DNA of 63,731 nucleotides, the filler included, from Circinaria calcarea (taxonomy: Eukaryota), in assembly GCA_051942165.1 (NCBI GenBank). It is 19 parts of 19 records of this genome, joined end to end, with 100 filler letters (N's around TTAATTAATTAA, not from the genome) between each part and the next. Parts side by side here need not be neighbours in the genome. Positions count along the whole stretch, not along the records: positions 47,093 to 50,343 come from JAVECS010002937.1; positions 50,444 to 53,691 come from JAVECS010002938.1; positions 53,792 to 57,039 come from JAVECS010002939.1; positions 57,140 to 60,385 come from JAVECS010002940.1; positions 60,486 to 63,731 come from JAVECS010002941.1; 14 more parts are not named here. One strand, 5' to 3'. Both the position numbers and the translations under genes were made by a program. A model generated the notes under the pieces. That model did not search any database, was not told the origin of the DNA, and saw nothing but the letters and a program-made list of their open reading frames with translations. Positions 47,634 to 60,693 of the stretch are shown here, piece after piece. Within the stretch, counting starts at the first letter, position 1. The number at the start of each line of letters is the position of its first letter.

Positions 47634-48626
47634 TTACATGCCACCCCACTCAATACAAAACGTCCGAACCCTCCGCTTTCCTTTGTCTTCTCGAGAATCC
47701 TCCGCGTTAGCCCTCTCACTCTGTGCCTCCTCACTTCCCCCCTCCATCCCCCCGACCAACCAGCCCTTCTTCACGCCCGTGCCCAACCTCCCTCCCCCGA
47801 TTATATCCAACAGCGCAATCTCTTCGTCCCAATCCGCGCCTACGGCTAGGAAATGGCTGTGGAAGCGCAGAGGATCGCCGGGGTAGACGAGGAAGTGACA
47901 GCCGAAGCGGAGGCCGGGGGACATGAAGTAATCTTGGGCGTGGAGGTGGTGGAATAGTGCGTAAGAGGCGGGGTTGACGGTTGGGAGGGGGTAGGAGGGG
48001 TCGAGGGGAGGGGGTGGGAGAGGAGGGTAGGAAGTTGTGGGGGTAAGGGTCCAGGGGTGGGAGGAAGGGAGGGAGGAGTGAGAGGCTGATGTAGAGAGAC
48101 GTGGGGCTTTTTGGGTGATGGGGGAGTCGAATAGGGAGTCTGGGTCTTCTGCACCCGGGTCTGGTGGTTTGTCCGCTTGGGATGTCTCTGTGGGTTTGGT
48201 GACGGTCGGGTCGCTGATCTGTAATCTCCCCGTCGCTCTCTCGGTCCTTTCCAACTTTTTCTGCTCTGCTGCCCTCGCAGCCTTCCGTCCTTCCTGGAGC
48301 AAGCCCTGGCGGAATGCCTCTCGTTGTTCTGCAGTGGTGGACTGCAGTCCAGTCCGGTGCCACATTCGATCATCAACTATATACGCGAGACCTTTCTCGG
48401 AGAGCAGCTTGGTCTCTTCGGGCATAAGTTCCAGAGGTAGCCCGAGGAAGACATTTTGCTGTGGGATCTGGGGCAGAGTGCCTATTAGTACACCGAGGAT
48501 GTGGTGGGTTTTGCGGAGCCATGTGATGATGTTTATATCGTAAAGGAGGTATCTTTCCACGCTTTTCGAGACTCTGAAGACGGGAAAGGGCAGAATCGGG
48601 GAGACAGGCTCAGTTGGAGCAGCCAT
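47634..48626 (-). CDS. SEN34: tRNA-splicing endonuclease subunit Sen34
   Basis: HHILGVLIGTLPQIPQQNVFLGLPLELMPEE; catalytic region FMSPGLRFGCHFLVYPGDPLRFHSHF; GGGRLGTGVKK; FCIEWGGM. Confidence 0.95.
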   Translation of the reverse strand: MAAPTEPVSPILPFPVFRVSKSVERYLLYDINIITWLRKTHHILGVLIGTLPQIPQQNVFLGLPLELMPEETKLLSEKGLAYIVDDRMWHRTGLQSTTAEQREAFRQGLLQEGRKAARAAEQKKLERTERATGRLQISDPTVTKPTETSQADKPPDPGAEDPDSLFDSPITQKAPRLSTSASHSSLPSSHPWTLTPTTSYPPLPPPPLDPSYPLPTVNPASYALFHHLHAQDYFMSPGLRFGCHFLVYPGDPLRFHSHFLAVGADWDEEIALLDIIGGGRLGTGVKKGWLVGGMEGGSEEAQSERANAEDSREDKGKRRVRTFCIEWGGM

Positions 48627-49070
48627 AATGGGCACCGATGCTTGCTGCAGCAAGCTTCAAGGATGCGGTCCTAATCTGGCAGAGTCAGTCAGAAGATACC
48701 AGTCTTTATACAAGCAGATTATGCTAGATTTGTGAATGAGGACATCATAGAGTGTGTAACATAGATATGTTTAGCATCAGAAACCCCAAAGGGCTTCAGT
48801 GGATTGACAGATTATTATTTTCTTAATCATGTGTCTAAGGGATCAGATTGGGAGAAGCATGCGTATACATACATACATGACTGCAATTTTCGTCCACTGA
48901 GACTCTTCGATGCACTCTGAGAATGTGCTTTTTCAGAGCATAGGTTGTGATTCAATTTATCTAATGTTGGTAGTTGTGATGGATTTGGAGAAAATCTTTA
49001 AAAATCGAATCTGCGTCCTCGCCAACGCTGGAAATCCCAACCATGCCCCCTCACCTTGAAAGCTACACCA

Positions 49071-50343
49071 ATGTCCTTTCGCAAGCGTAACATCGGCCTC
49101 TCTTCTCCTCGCACACCTCAGCCTCCCCTTGTTGTTGGCTCGGAGCAAGCAGCAGATTCTCCATCTGTCAAACCTCAGGATGCAGTTATCCATCACGTGC
49201 AGATTCCCGGCGTGCGCCCTTCAGCACTAGACGGCAGGCCTACAACGTCAACAGGCACTCCATCTTTGGATGGTCTACTTGCTGGACACGCCGGCCTTGC
49301 ACTTGGAAACTCGATCCTGTTAGAGGAAAGCGGTACTACGGATTATGCAGGGACATTGCTCAGGTACTATGCCGCCGAGGGTGTAGTGCAGGGTCATCAG
49401 GTTCATGTTGTAGGCGTTGGAGAACAGTGGGGAAGAGATCTGCCTGGTCTAGTTGGCACTGCGGAAGGGGAGGAGAGAAACAAGGTCGGAGGGGTGGAGG
49501 ATCGAGAGAAGATGAAGATAGCTTGGAGGTATGAGAGACTTGGAGAATTTGGCGTAGGAGGTTCAAGTCCTAGTTCAAGAGGTGGGACTCCTCCATACAC
49601 GCGTTCTGTCTTGCCTGTATATAAAGCTGTGATGCAACTCGTAGCCATCAATAAAGCCCAATCCACTTGCGCATGCTGACCACTGTAGCTCCTCAAAAAC
49701 CGAATCGGGTGCCGAGTATTTCCACCTCAGGCGACCAAGAGCAGCATATACCGAAGCCTTTCTGCCACTCTTTCGACTTGACCAAGCGCCTCATCCTCCC
49801 CAACCCAGCTACTATGAACTTTATCCCCATCCGTCAAGCTGATACCTCATCGTCTCCCCTCACATCAAGCATCCAAGCCATCTTGCAGTTGCTTGCAACG
49901 TCGGGACCCGACACCATTCATCGATTAGTCATTCCGACCATGCTATCGCCTGCCTTCTATCCTCCTCATTCAAGTAATCCTCGGCATGTTTTACAGTTTC
50001 TCCACTCTCTCCGCGCCCTGCTCCGCAGATTCCCCACTCAGTTAACCGCAATGGTTTCTCTTCCTCTAACATTATATCCTCGTACGACTGGATTAGTTCG
50101 GTGGATGGAGATCCTTTCAGATGGCGTTATCGAGCTTATCCCTTTCCCTCACACCATCGACACTGGACCCTCCCTGACAACCTCCGGAGCAGCTACATCT
50201 CAAGAAGACAAACCCCAAGGAATGGTAAAGGTTCACTGTCTACCAGTGTTCCACGAACGAGGCGGCGGTGGCATTGGAGGAGCAGGCGTTGGTGACGACT
50301 TGGCCTTTACGGTTAGCAGGCGCAAGTTCGTAATCAAGCCTTT
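49071..50343 (+). CDS. ELP4: Elongator subunit Elp4 (PAXNEB), 3'-truncated
   Basis: MSFRKRNIGL; PGVRPSALDGRPTTSTGTPSLDGLLAGHAGL; EESGTTDYAGTLLRYYAAEG; MKIAWRYERL; FCHSFDLTKRL; DLAFTVSRRKFVIKP. Intron 49582-49688. Confidence 0.95.
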
Positions 50344-51174
50344 NNNNNNNNNNNNNNNNNNNNNNNNNNNNNNNNNNNNNNNNNNNNTTAATTAATTAAN
50401 NNNNNNNNNNNNNNNNNNNNNNNNNNNNNNNNNNNNNNNNNNNAAAGTAGGAGCGAAAAGAGATGGGAGATGGATCGAACAGTGTCTGTCTTCGGTCTTG
50501 TCGGTAGAAGGGCACTTGGGCCTAGCGTGATCTACATCGTCTGATCGGGAAAATAAGTTCTCCATGAAGGTTCAGTTGGTTAGAGGATGTAAATAGGACA
50601 GAGGTAAAGAGTTCTTATTAAAATAGCCGGTGAACAGAATTCTGGCTTCGTGCCTTATTATGTGAACAAAAGGTGTCACGAGGTAAAAAGATTGTCATTG
50701 ATGCTATATAGGAGCGAGCACTGTCTAAGGTAGCGTATAATCATGCATATTGGCCTGAAAGAGTATGAGAAACAGGATAACAGGAGTAGTATCCTTGGTT
50801 CTTCCTTGAGAGAATGTGGGGAAAGTATGCGGGCACCAGGAGTGGAGAGAGGTTCTTCAGGGAGAGATATTTCATTTTGTTGCCTCTTAGCCTTGGTTTC
50901 CTATTACTGCCCCACACTTAAGACTTGTTTTATGTTGGCGTATCAAAGCCTAATCTCTTCCAAGTAGGCCCTTCTGTTCTGTACATATGAATCCCCTTCA
51001 CGGTGCGAAACGAACACTAACTCCCTTCTCTAACTTCCCTCGGCAAACCTGATAAGGCTACCTTGTGGTTTTCTAAGGTGCCTCTCGGATATCATATAGC
51101 AGGACAGAGACATTCAAGTTCGTTGCCGTGTGGTACTGCATTCCATCGCTCCCTTGATCCCAGACTGATATTTA

Positions 51175-53231
51175 TCAATTCATGGCGGCAGTTTCATTCA
51201 AACTCACCAACATGATACCCTTCTCCATTGCTTGTAGCCGAACCTTAGACTTCTTTGCCTGGATCTCCATGTCCGAGACACGCTCTCCCGGCTTAAAGTC
51301 CTCCCCAAGCCCCGGCTCCAACCCATGGTATAATAACGGCAGAGTGCTAGTCTTCCAAAGCCTTGAACCCCGATCAGAACTCTGCCAAATCGTCGTAACA
51401 AGGAACACCAAAGTGAAGATGACTAGAACAATGGGCAAAGTCAGCCACGCCCACGCTACATGGATAAAGGCCTCAGTTCGCCAGGCATCCCCAGGGACTT
51501 TGACCGTGTTATTGGATTGCTTCCGAATATTGTTGGTCATTGATAGCGCAATGGATGACATTAGCGCATCATAATTAGACAGGCCCATAAACGCTTGGAC
51601 GGAGTCTGTGGAAGGTAATAGAAAGGGGGCAGTACTGATTTCGCCGTAAAACTGCGATTCGACGAATAATTTAAGTGATCGGTGAGTGCCTCTATCGATA
51701 TAGTAACTACTATTCTGACTGAGAGCACCTTGCTGGAGTGGGGGCCATAACTTGTATTGGGAGTTAAAGTCTCGATAAAAATCTGAATCTGAACCTGACC
51801 CTGACTCATTCCGCCATGACGAAACGACTGTCTCATTAAGAACTCCAACGCTGACAGTAGCCTCATAAGTGTTGACGCAAAAGTATAGAGTACATTCTGT
51901 AGCTTTTGGTGGACTGTAATCTTGACTTTCTCTTGACTGAGACAGCGACGCGAACCTGGCAAATGTATCCGTAAGGTTACCGAGGGTAAGTGACTCGGAG
52001 GGCGAGGAGACGTTCAAAATGCTTGCAGCTTTATTTCAGACGTTAGCTGACTGATGTAAAAGTGCCTAATTTTGTTGACTTACCCTTGAGAAGCGAACCG
52101 TCTGAGAAAAACAGACCGATTGGGAGTAACGGACCGTTCTGGAGAGGGAGAGCAAGTTTGCAATATGTTGAGTTTGAGTCTTTATCAAAACTACATTCTT
52201 TCCTAATCCGATTGGTTATGTCCGCGCAAGTACTACAGATTGCAAGCGAAGAGTATTGGGATGGCCAGGTGCAGTTTCCAGTCAAACAATCCGCCTCCAG
52301 CGATACAGCCGCTTGCTTTGGATTGTATAAACCGTTAAAAAATGCCGCTTTCATATCGAGATCGACAATATCGACAAGGTATTCATAAGCTGTTGTGCAA
52401 TTAGCCGATGGGTAATATCTGCTAATTGAAGTCGAAACCCGTGACTATGTAGATGGAGGTAGTGGACAAGTACACTTTACCTCCGGATGTATCGATCTTC
52501 CTATGATATCCCCTTGCTCGAAAAATGGCAGAGGAGCCCACTCGAACAGGTTCTTGACTATAGGTAATAACCTGTTGCACAAACGGGTCTACTGCCAGAG
52601 CAGTGATCACGAGAAGAGCGCCTAAAGTCGACAGAGGTCTGCCCTTCAGGACAAGCTGCAGTGCTCCTAGTGGGCCTCTACTGGCGGAGTCAAAGATGGC
52701 GATATCTGCCAACGGCCTCGGCTTTCGAAACCAAATCCACTTCAGCTGCCCAAGCCCTTCCGCAACTGGCAAAAGTAGAGCCGCCTTGGAAATCGTGGCG
52801 AACAAAGATATCATTGAATTGGGAGTAATAGGAAATGTCCAGCTACTCAAGCTTTTCCCATCATACTTTTGTAAGATTACAACCACTGTTATAAGAGCAG
52901 CGGCCCCCAAAATCCAGGATAGCACTTCGAAGCTCCACCAGTCTGTAATTATTGCATTGTAGAGATTCCAATAGCCTATTCGTGGTGAGTGAGATACGCT
53001 AGGGTTCGTGGTAACGCGCGTGTTCGGATTTGTGGTGCAGCTAGTATTTTTATCTTCGGATCTTCTATTCTGCTCGATATCGCCGGTCTCCATAGCATAT
53101 GAGCTTAACGATGGCATTGAAATCAACGGGCTGACGGACTGTTCATTATGGGATCTATGCTCCATCTCATACTCTTCGCTCATAAATCTTAAAGATACGC
53201 GTGAAATCGGAGCATCCTCAGCCCCTGACAT
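51175..53231 (-). CDS. DUF3176-family membrane protein
   Basis: WWSFEVLSW..LQKYDGK..W..PITPNSMIS; EGLGQLKWIWF; FDSASRGPLG; DPFVQQ; CLTGNCTW..YSSLAICSTC; WAWLTLP; WKTSTLPLLYHGL. Two introns. Confidence 0.88.
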
Positions 53232-53791
53232 GTTGGAGGGATGTTTTAATGATAACTTTGATCTTGATCGGCAGTGAGAACGTGCGTGAAGCAGACAAAA
53301 CGAGATATAGCAATGATAAAAGAGAGCATGGTCGAGGCTGGATGAAGCCTACTTATAGACGTACTTGAAGGATGGGCGCAATGCATCAGCTCTAGAATAT
53401 CCAAGGGGAACAGCAGCTGTGTGACGCAGCCTACTTGAGGCGCTCCACAGACCATTTGTGACTCAGCCTTGAAAAACCACGCCTCGCAAAGCATCTCTGC
53501 ATACGCCAATCAAGGATTAAAGAATACGCATTGAATCCCAGCCGGGTGTGCCTGGGGTGCCTGAGGTATAAAGGTACGTTGTAGTGATTGAACAGGAGGC
53601 TGGTATGCAAAAGTCGCTGCCGAAAATAACAATATAGTACTGGAAGATCCAGGAAATCATAGTTTATCAAATAATCAGAAATCTTGATCGTNNNNNNNNN
53701 NNNNNNNNNNNNNNNNNNNNNNNNNNNNNNNNNNNTTAATTAATTAANNNNNNNNNNNNNNNNNNNNNNNNNNNNNNNNNNNNNNNNNNNN

Positions 53792-54631
53792 GGGAGCTTC
53801 CTGCGCCACGTGCGTTGGTGGAGCTGGGGTGTAACCTCCAATCTCCTCGTAGGCAGGAAGCTGCTCAAGGTTTACAGCCGACAGATCGATCCCTTGTGAT
53901 TGTCGTGTGATTCTTCCACTTTCTCTAGCCTCCTCTACAGCCTGTATTAGGGTCTCCTTGACCCGCTCGAAGTTTGCATGGAAGTCGAATGCCCCGCCGT
54001 CCTTGAAGGTCATCTTGATTTCGACATACGAGTGGTGCGCCGGGATGCCTCCTCCTGTTACCGGCTGGAGGATGCCCGTCCATACGTTAGGTCCAAAGAA
54101 GGGCGCGGTAACATGGGTGTCTTGAAGGTTCAGTATAGGGGCCGAGAAGGATTGCAACTGTGGTGTCGGTGCAGTAGGGAGATACACTAGCTATATCGAT
54201 AGGGTCATCAGTTTCGGACCTCCGATAGAAGATTAGACGCTAGACTTACGCGCTGGTTTGTGAGAAATGCTGTACCACCACTGCTATGTAGTGACAAAGG
54301 CTCTTTTCCGGGATATGAATTGGGTGTCTGTAGTGCTAACGTTGTGCGTGGTGGCGAGGTGAACAGTATTTTCTCTTGGGGAAGAGGGACGAAGCGCTTC
54401 GAGTCATCGAGCATAACCCAGCTATCACAATAAGTACGGATCTTGCTGGATATGCTCTTCTTACACGGCATTGCGAAGGTGATAGGTGGGGGAAAAGTCC
54501 TACAGCAGGATGGAAAGTGGCCAAAGCGTTTATATTGAAATTACAATCCAGTTCTGAAACGACAGTAATACAGGAAAGGTTGGACGTAGGTTGGGTGAGA
54601 CTGAAAGGTGGAGAACATACTTGATGGACAT
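53792..54631 (-). CDS. WW-domain-binding protein 2-like (GRAM/PH-like) protein, 3'-truncated
   Basis: Short first exon ATGTCCATCAA|GTATGT gives MSINWVML; GTAFLTNQR|LVYLP; SFSAPILNLQDTHVTAPFFGPNVW; TFKDGGAFDF; LPAYE motif. Confidence 0.85.
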
Positions 54632-55690
54632 CTTGGAGATGTTGATAGCAGCTCCTCGTCAGGTCCCCCCTCGACAAGGTATGGTATGAGAACCCGCCGC
54701 TGCCGATGAACTCCTTGGGCGAGAAACTTGTCTAGTGCAACTGTGGGGTGATAATAGAGTCCTAGTCGAGAACGACCAGGCGGGGAGCTATCGAGAATGG
54801 GACGCAGTAGATCGTTTCGAGCCAAGCAGAAAGGTCGTTGATGTCTGAGCGTGAGCGTGGATGGTAGCTACTCTGATAGGGCCGGGGGCAGTACCGAATT
54901 AACAGGGAGAGGCTATCGCGGCTGTCAAAGTAATAATCATATCACGCTCCAGGGTCAGCGGGGTGAGGAGAAGTGGGAGGTTACGTGGGAAGATTGTAGC
55001 GTCCTTTTATAGGCAGCCAACGAGATCATGTGATTGTTCGAGCAGATGGCTTATGAATCATGGAGTCGCCGTCCAGCAGAGGAATCTTGTCAGCTCCCAC
55101 TGATTCGCGTGAAGCAAATTAACCTGCGCCTGTGGAATATGGATTACCTTATCTTATTCTCGCTCCGAGTCAAGGTGCGTGCTTGAATCTAAACGCCATT
55201 GCCGCTCATCACCAGGGTTTACTGGCATGGGACGAGGGATCGTGAGGTATGTTGTTAACCTTCACGGTGGTCTAGAATTTATCTCAACTTGGGCACGAAT
55301 TAGGGAATACTCGATCCTCTCTGATATGCAGTTTGGAGAGTTTGATGGGAAAGATACCGATGCAAAGGTGTACCTCGGGAAGAATATCTATAAGTAGCTG
55401 AGGCGGAGCTCCCCAAACAGCAGCCTGAGCTGATCGCCTGAGTTGCAGCCTGTCAGACACTTCTCTTCTGGCAAGTATCTCTCTCTATACGAGTTGCTAA
55501 CTGGTACTGCCAAGTGACATATGTGTCCAAGATGATCTTTCTGCACATACTAGCTCATTGCTGTAGCTTTTAGATACATTAATATTTCCTGACTCCAAAA
55601 CTCATGATCTTTCATGTTGGATTACCCCGACGCGTTACAACGGTAAAACATGAAACTCTATTGCAATCTTGTGACTTAACAACTTCGCCA

Positions 55691-56677
55691 ATGGATGACC
55701 TGCACATCTCGCATTCTTCTCTCGACCACTCAGGTTTGTCTGTCCGCTCACGCGCCTCAAGTACGATATCCACCGGGACCAAGTTCAGCATTGCGACCCT
55801 GCCTTACGAGGACCAATTCCCTAATCCTACTGCAATCGATGTCCTCCTTGGGTCAAGGAACATCCGACTCACTTCCCGTCCAGACTCAGTCCTCAGTATA
55901 ACCTCTTCTACCCAGCCGCCCCCTTACGAAGTGCCCCCCGAGATCTATGGTGCTAGTACGCCTCTTGCGATATCGCCAACCGACCGTAATGGGTCTCAAG
56001 ACTACATTACAGCCTCAGTCTCCAGGACTCCCACACAATCTCAGTCGCCATCCCCATCGCAATCTCAACCCGCCTCCCCTAACACAGCAACTACCTTTGA
56101 CCATGAAAACGCGCTTAGCCAGTATTACACCCAGGTAGTCCGCACCATCGACGCCAATCACCATGCTGAGCTTGCCCGCCTCAAAACCACCCATATCGCC
56201 GAACTAGCATCCACGCGCCACGCCATCGACGCAGCCTATCGCCGCGAACTAAAATCGAAAGATCTCCACGTCGAACAGATTCGTCGAGAGTCGGCCAAGG
56301 AGGTGGCGGATATCGAGGACAAATGTCGGAAGTTGCTGGAGGAAAGAGACAGGCAGATGGAGCAGTTACGCCAAGAGTCCGCTGGCAGGATCGCAGACAC
56401 AGAAGCGAAATGCATTTCCACCATCAAAGATCTGATGCAAGAGTGCGAAGCACGCGTCCACAAAGCCACCAACGAGGTCGAGGACCTCTGGGAAGGGCGA
56501 TGGAAAGACAGGGCTAGGATCTCCGAAGAGGAAGCCGCGCGGAGGGACGAGGGAATGAAAGCGCAGCTTTATGGCCATAGAGATGAAGTCTGGATGCGGG
56601 TTCTTGGAGAAAAGTGGGTGTGGATGAAGAGCGATTTAGACGCGGTCAAACGGGAGGTCGAGGGAGTTGGAGATTGA
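55691..56677 (+). CDS. Hypothetical coiled-coil protein with a PPPY motif
   Basis: Long ORF (in-frame upstream ATG at 55604); S/P-rich N-terminal half with QPPPYE; heptad-rich C-terminal half (HHAELARL...VEDLWEGRWKDR). Confidence 0.75.
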   Translation: MDDLHISHSSLDHSGLSVRSRASSTISTGTKFSIATLPYEDQFPNPTAIDVLLGSRNIRLTSRPDSVLSITSSTQPPPYEVPPEIYGASTPLAISPTDRNGSQDYITASVSRTPTQSQSPSPSQSQPASPNTATTFDHENALSQYYTQVVRTIDANHHAELARLKTTHIAELASTRHAIDAAYRRELKSKDLHVEQIRRESAKEVADIEDKCRKLLEERDRQMEQLRQESAGRIADTEAKCISTIKDLMQECEARVHKATNEVEDLWEGRWKDRARISEEEAARRDEGMKAQLYGHRDEVWMRVLGEKWVWMKSDLDAVKREVEGVGD

Positions 56678-57659
56678 TAAAAATGTCAAAGCCAACCCGG
56701 AAAGGGGAAACAACCTCATTGGGCCCTTGGCGACCCCCACCCCCCCAACGCTCGAATAGCTCCAACATCCAACGTCTCCTCCACACGGGAGCACAAGAGG
56801 CCCTCACCCAAACAAAACAGAACCCCACGCCTCTCCACCGAACAGGCAAACCCGACTTAACTAAAGATAACCCTCTTATCACGCCAATCACGACACTACC
56901 TCCACGGGGTCACAGCACTCCACACCCCTCCTACAGCCTCTCTCTCCCCTTGACGGAAAGCTACCTACCCACCAACCGATTCGAAGCCACAAATACCGCC
57001 ACGAAAGATCTTCCCTCCCCCCCTTTCCCTGCCTTACCCNNNNNNNNNNNNNNNNNNNNNNNNNNNNNNNNNNNNNNNNNNNNTTAATTAATTAANNNNN
57101 NNNNNNNNNNNNNNNNNNNNNNNNNNNNNNNNNNNNNNNGGGGTCGTAGAGGATTGGGGTCGGACTCATGGTTTATCTTTTTCTAGGCAGAGTAGGGATC
57201 AGGAGGTAAGAATGAGAAGGAGGAGGAGAATTTCATAGATTTTATACAAAACAGGGATTTCGATATGCTCTGAATAAAGGGGACGGAAAAGATTGGTGGG
57301 CGGAATTGAGCACCTTATCTATTTTATAATAAAATAAGAATAAAGATTACAGATGCGGAAGGTATAAAGTACATCTATGCACAGTGTCGGACAATTATTG
57401 GCACAAAGGCTCACGTAGTTCAAAAGAAAAGGCCAAGGAAGTGTTTCGAAAGGACGTTGGTTACTCCATATGAATTCATGTCATTAAACAGACCCGGGAG
57501 TCTTGGATAATAGCCTATATCTTTAGTGGCCGATAGCCGGGCCGGTGAAGTCAGAGTTGACGATGCAACTTTATGTGTTGACAGAGCATGATATGGGACT
57601 CATTGAAGGTCGCTCTACTACTTAATTGCCAGCATGGACTGCCCTGAGCGCAGGGCATC

Positions 57660-59745
57660 ATGACCTCTGGATATGCTACGCCCACGAGGCTCGACAAAAG
57701 TATCAGTAATTTTGAGGATGTTAAGGGGTTGACTAGAGACCGGCCATGGCTTCTCTCAACCGTATGTTGATATGGAATCCTAACATCAGCGTGTTCCTAA
57801 ACTTAATTGGCTAATCTAAACATGACTCCTAGAACCGCAAGCTCCGCCACCTTCAAGGTATCTCATTACGCAATTTATGCCTCTCCAAACCCTCGAGCCT
57901 TCCACGTGGAAAGACAATCGACGATGGGTCTCTACCCACTACCTTAAAGTCACCTGCGAAAATCTTAGCTCAGCGTGAGAATCGTAAACTCGAGCATTCA
58001 AGATCGTCTAGTGATCTTGCATTTTCCCCTCAGCAGAATTCCAAGGGAAAGGAGCAAGACATTGCAGGCGCAAATGGCTCTGCAACGTCAAGACCTATTG
58101 GGACTGCCTTGAGAAGGCGAAGTACACTCAATTGGGCCAGTACGAATCCCATGACAAGACAGAAAAGACTCGAGGATGCCACTGGAGGGAGAATGGCCGA
58201 TACCTGGTTTTCTATCCATTGCTCAGGTATGCAGGAGCCTGTGTATATCAGCGAGATTATGGCAAAGGCAATGAATCCAAGCTTCCAGTTCTTTGATCTG
58301 AATACCTATGGGTCCTTTGTTACTAGACAAGATCAGATGACAATCAAGTTCTGGGCTCGCACAGAGGGGTCACAGGAATTCTCACTACTGATTGAGTTAC
58401 AAGTACACCTGGGTTCGTTACAATTCGTAGGGAAATCGGTAGGATTATTATTGGTCTTCCATTGGCCATGTTGAAAGCTGATTGTTGTCTTTAGCTCGAG
58501 AGTTTTTATCATCCTCTGCCTGAAAATTGCATCGTCTTCCATCTTTCAGATGGCATATATACCAGCTTCACAGACCTTCCGCTCGATGATACTGTACCGC
58601 TATCGGCCAAACTACCATCAAAAGCTCCCACTACGTCCGTCCAGCCGACTTCCTCCCTTGACGCCTTGATGCGTCTCTCAAACTTAGATGACTGTATACA
58701 AGACGCCCTAGCCACTCGCGAGCAAATCACCACCCAAATCGAAGCTTTGTTGTCTGAAAGCAAAAAAACCCGCGAAGTCGTATCCTCTGTCTCCACTTCA
58801 CAGGGGTTTCTTGCATCAACCCAGCGTGCTGTTTCCGCAACAAGGCGCGCTCTTCAAGCCACCCAGAAAAGAAAATCCGATCTTCAAGCAAGTATTACCG
58901 CTCGACGTGCCGCTATACAGTCCGGCCGCCTTTCCCAGAAGGCATTAGAGTCCCACCTTAGTTCCGCAGAAAGCACTCTCGCGTCCAGCAAGGCACTCTT
59001 GGGTTCCACGTTGCTCGCCTTAAATGGCCAAATTAGACGTATTTGCGAAGATCTCTCTTCGATTTACCCTATCGAACCCATTGAAGGCAAACCCCTCTCA
59101 TTCACCATCCGTGACCTCTACCTCCCGAACGCGAATTTCTTCTCCACCACCAACACGGCTAGCGAGGCAACCACCGCCGCGGCCTTGGGCATGGTAGCAC
59201 ATATCCTGCATCTTCTCTCACATTACCTCTCTGCACCCCTACCCTATCCTATTACCCCTCACGGCTCCACATCATCCGTCCACGACCCCATCACCGTCTC
59301 TCTATCCTCGTCTCCTTCTTCTACCTCCGCCGCAACCAAGAGTCCGACCTCTGCCGCACGTACCTTTCCCCTTTTCCAAACCGGTAGCGTTCAGTACCGA
59401 TTCGAATACGGAGTCTTTTTGTTAAACACGGACCTGGAAGTATTGATGTGGAAGAGAGGATTGAGGATGGTGGATCAGAGGCAGACGCTGGCGAATTTAA
59501 AATACTTGCTCGTGGTCTGTGGAAGCGGAAAGGGAGAGGTTCCGAGAAGGAAGAAAGGGGTAGTGGGGGCGTTGGTTGGGGATGGGGATGTTGAGAGTAG
59601 GGCGGAGCATGAAGGGCGAGATGGGCAGGAATCGGAGGAGGTGGAAGAGGGGAATGGAAGAGGAGAAAATGTGAAGGGCATGGGAAAAGGAGAGAAGAAG
59701 GCGGAAAATGGGGCATTAATCGGCGGGGAGCTTCATATCAGGTAG
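57660..59745 (+). CDS. UVRAG/Vps38-like (Atg14 family) PI3K complex subunit
   Basis: RPWLLST|NRKLRHLQGISLRNL; YISEIMAKAMNPSF; LMRLSNLDDCIQDAL; IYPIEP; LPYPI; RFEYGVFLLN; QTLANLKYLL. Three introns. Confidence 0.9.
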
Positions 59746-60534
59746 ATGAATCTGATAGAAGTCTTGCCCAACACTTTGGACCATCGATAAATCCGTGATC
59801 CCGCGGCTTTCTACAGTGTAAATGCGAGATCGTTTTGGGATCGGTCAACGTCTCATACTCTCCACCCCCAGCTAACTTGTGCTGTGAGAAAATAAGGTGC
59901 GCGGTAGCAGTAAACAGCCATACCATGGCCCTGTTTAGTGAATAAGTTCAACTATGGAAATGCTACGTGTGTGCTATATATACTCGCCAAAGCCCTTAAC
60001 GCTAGTCCTGATCTAGTTCCGCTCCGGCTCCGACGCCGTCCCTATATACGCTCCGTTACGACCTGACTTCCATATCTTGACATGTGCCCTTTCTACTTTT
60101 CCAGCCAAATAATCAAAGTCTTCCCCCCCAACTCTCTCCCAACTCCTTCCTCTTTTCTATTATGGAAATCCCAAAGAATTTCCCCCCAATCTATCGCTAA
60201 TTGCTATCGCTACTCCCAATCCATCCCAATCCCAATCCCAAGACCAAGACCAAGACCAATTATTCAATCCCAATCCCAGGTAATTATTCCTCCCCGTCTT
60301 TTTCTCCGAAGAAGAAGAAGTGGGTGTATGTCGAGCAAGAGGCGCTGTTGTTAGGGGGAGTTACGGGGGGGATAAAAGTACGGGGNNNNNNNNNNNNNNN
60401 NNNNNNNNNNNNNNNNNNNNNNNNNNNNNTTAATTAATTAANNNNNNNNNNNNNNNNNNNNNNNNNNNNNNNNNNNNNNNNNNNNGGATTCCATGAGACG
60501 GGCTTTGCTAATAAACACATGATATGAATTGCAG

Positions 60535-60693
60535 GCTCCGTCGGCAAGCAAACAGAGCGCCATCACTTCAGCGGCCGAGATGGCTTTGAAGATGTACATG
60601 AAGAGTCAGATGGGCGGTGGTGGCAGTGGTGGAGGTGGTGGTAGTGGTGGTGGTGGTGGTGGTTTGATGGGGATGGTGAGCAAGTTTCTGTAG
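60535..60693 (+). CDS. Terminal exon of a Gly-rich 'beta-flanking'-like fungal protein
   Basis: After a GCTAAT...CAG acceptor: APSASKQSAITSAAEMALKMYMKSQMGGGGSGGG...GLMGMVSKFL*. Confidence 0.75.
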   Translation, partial: APSASKQSAITSAAEMALKMYMKSQMGGGGSGGGGGSGGGGGGLMGMVSKFL

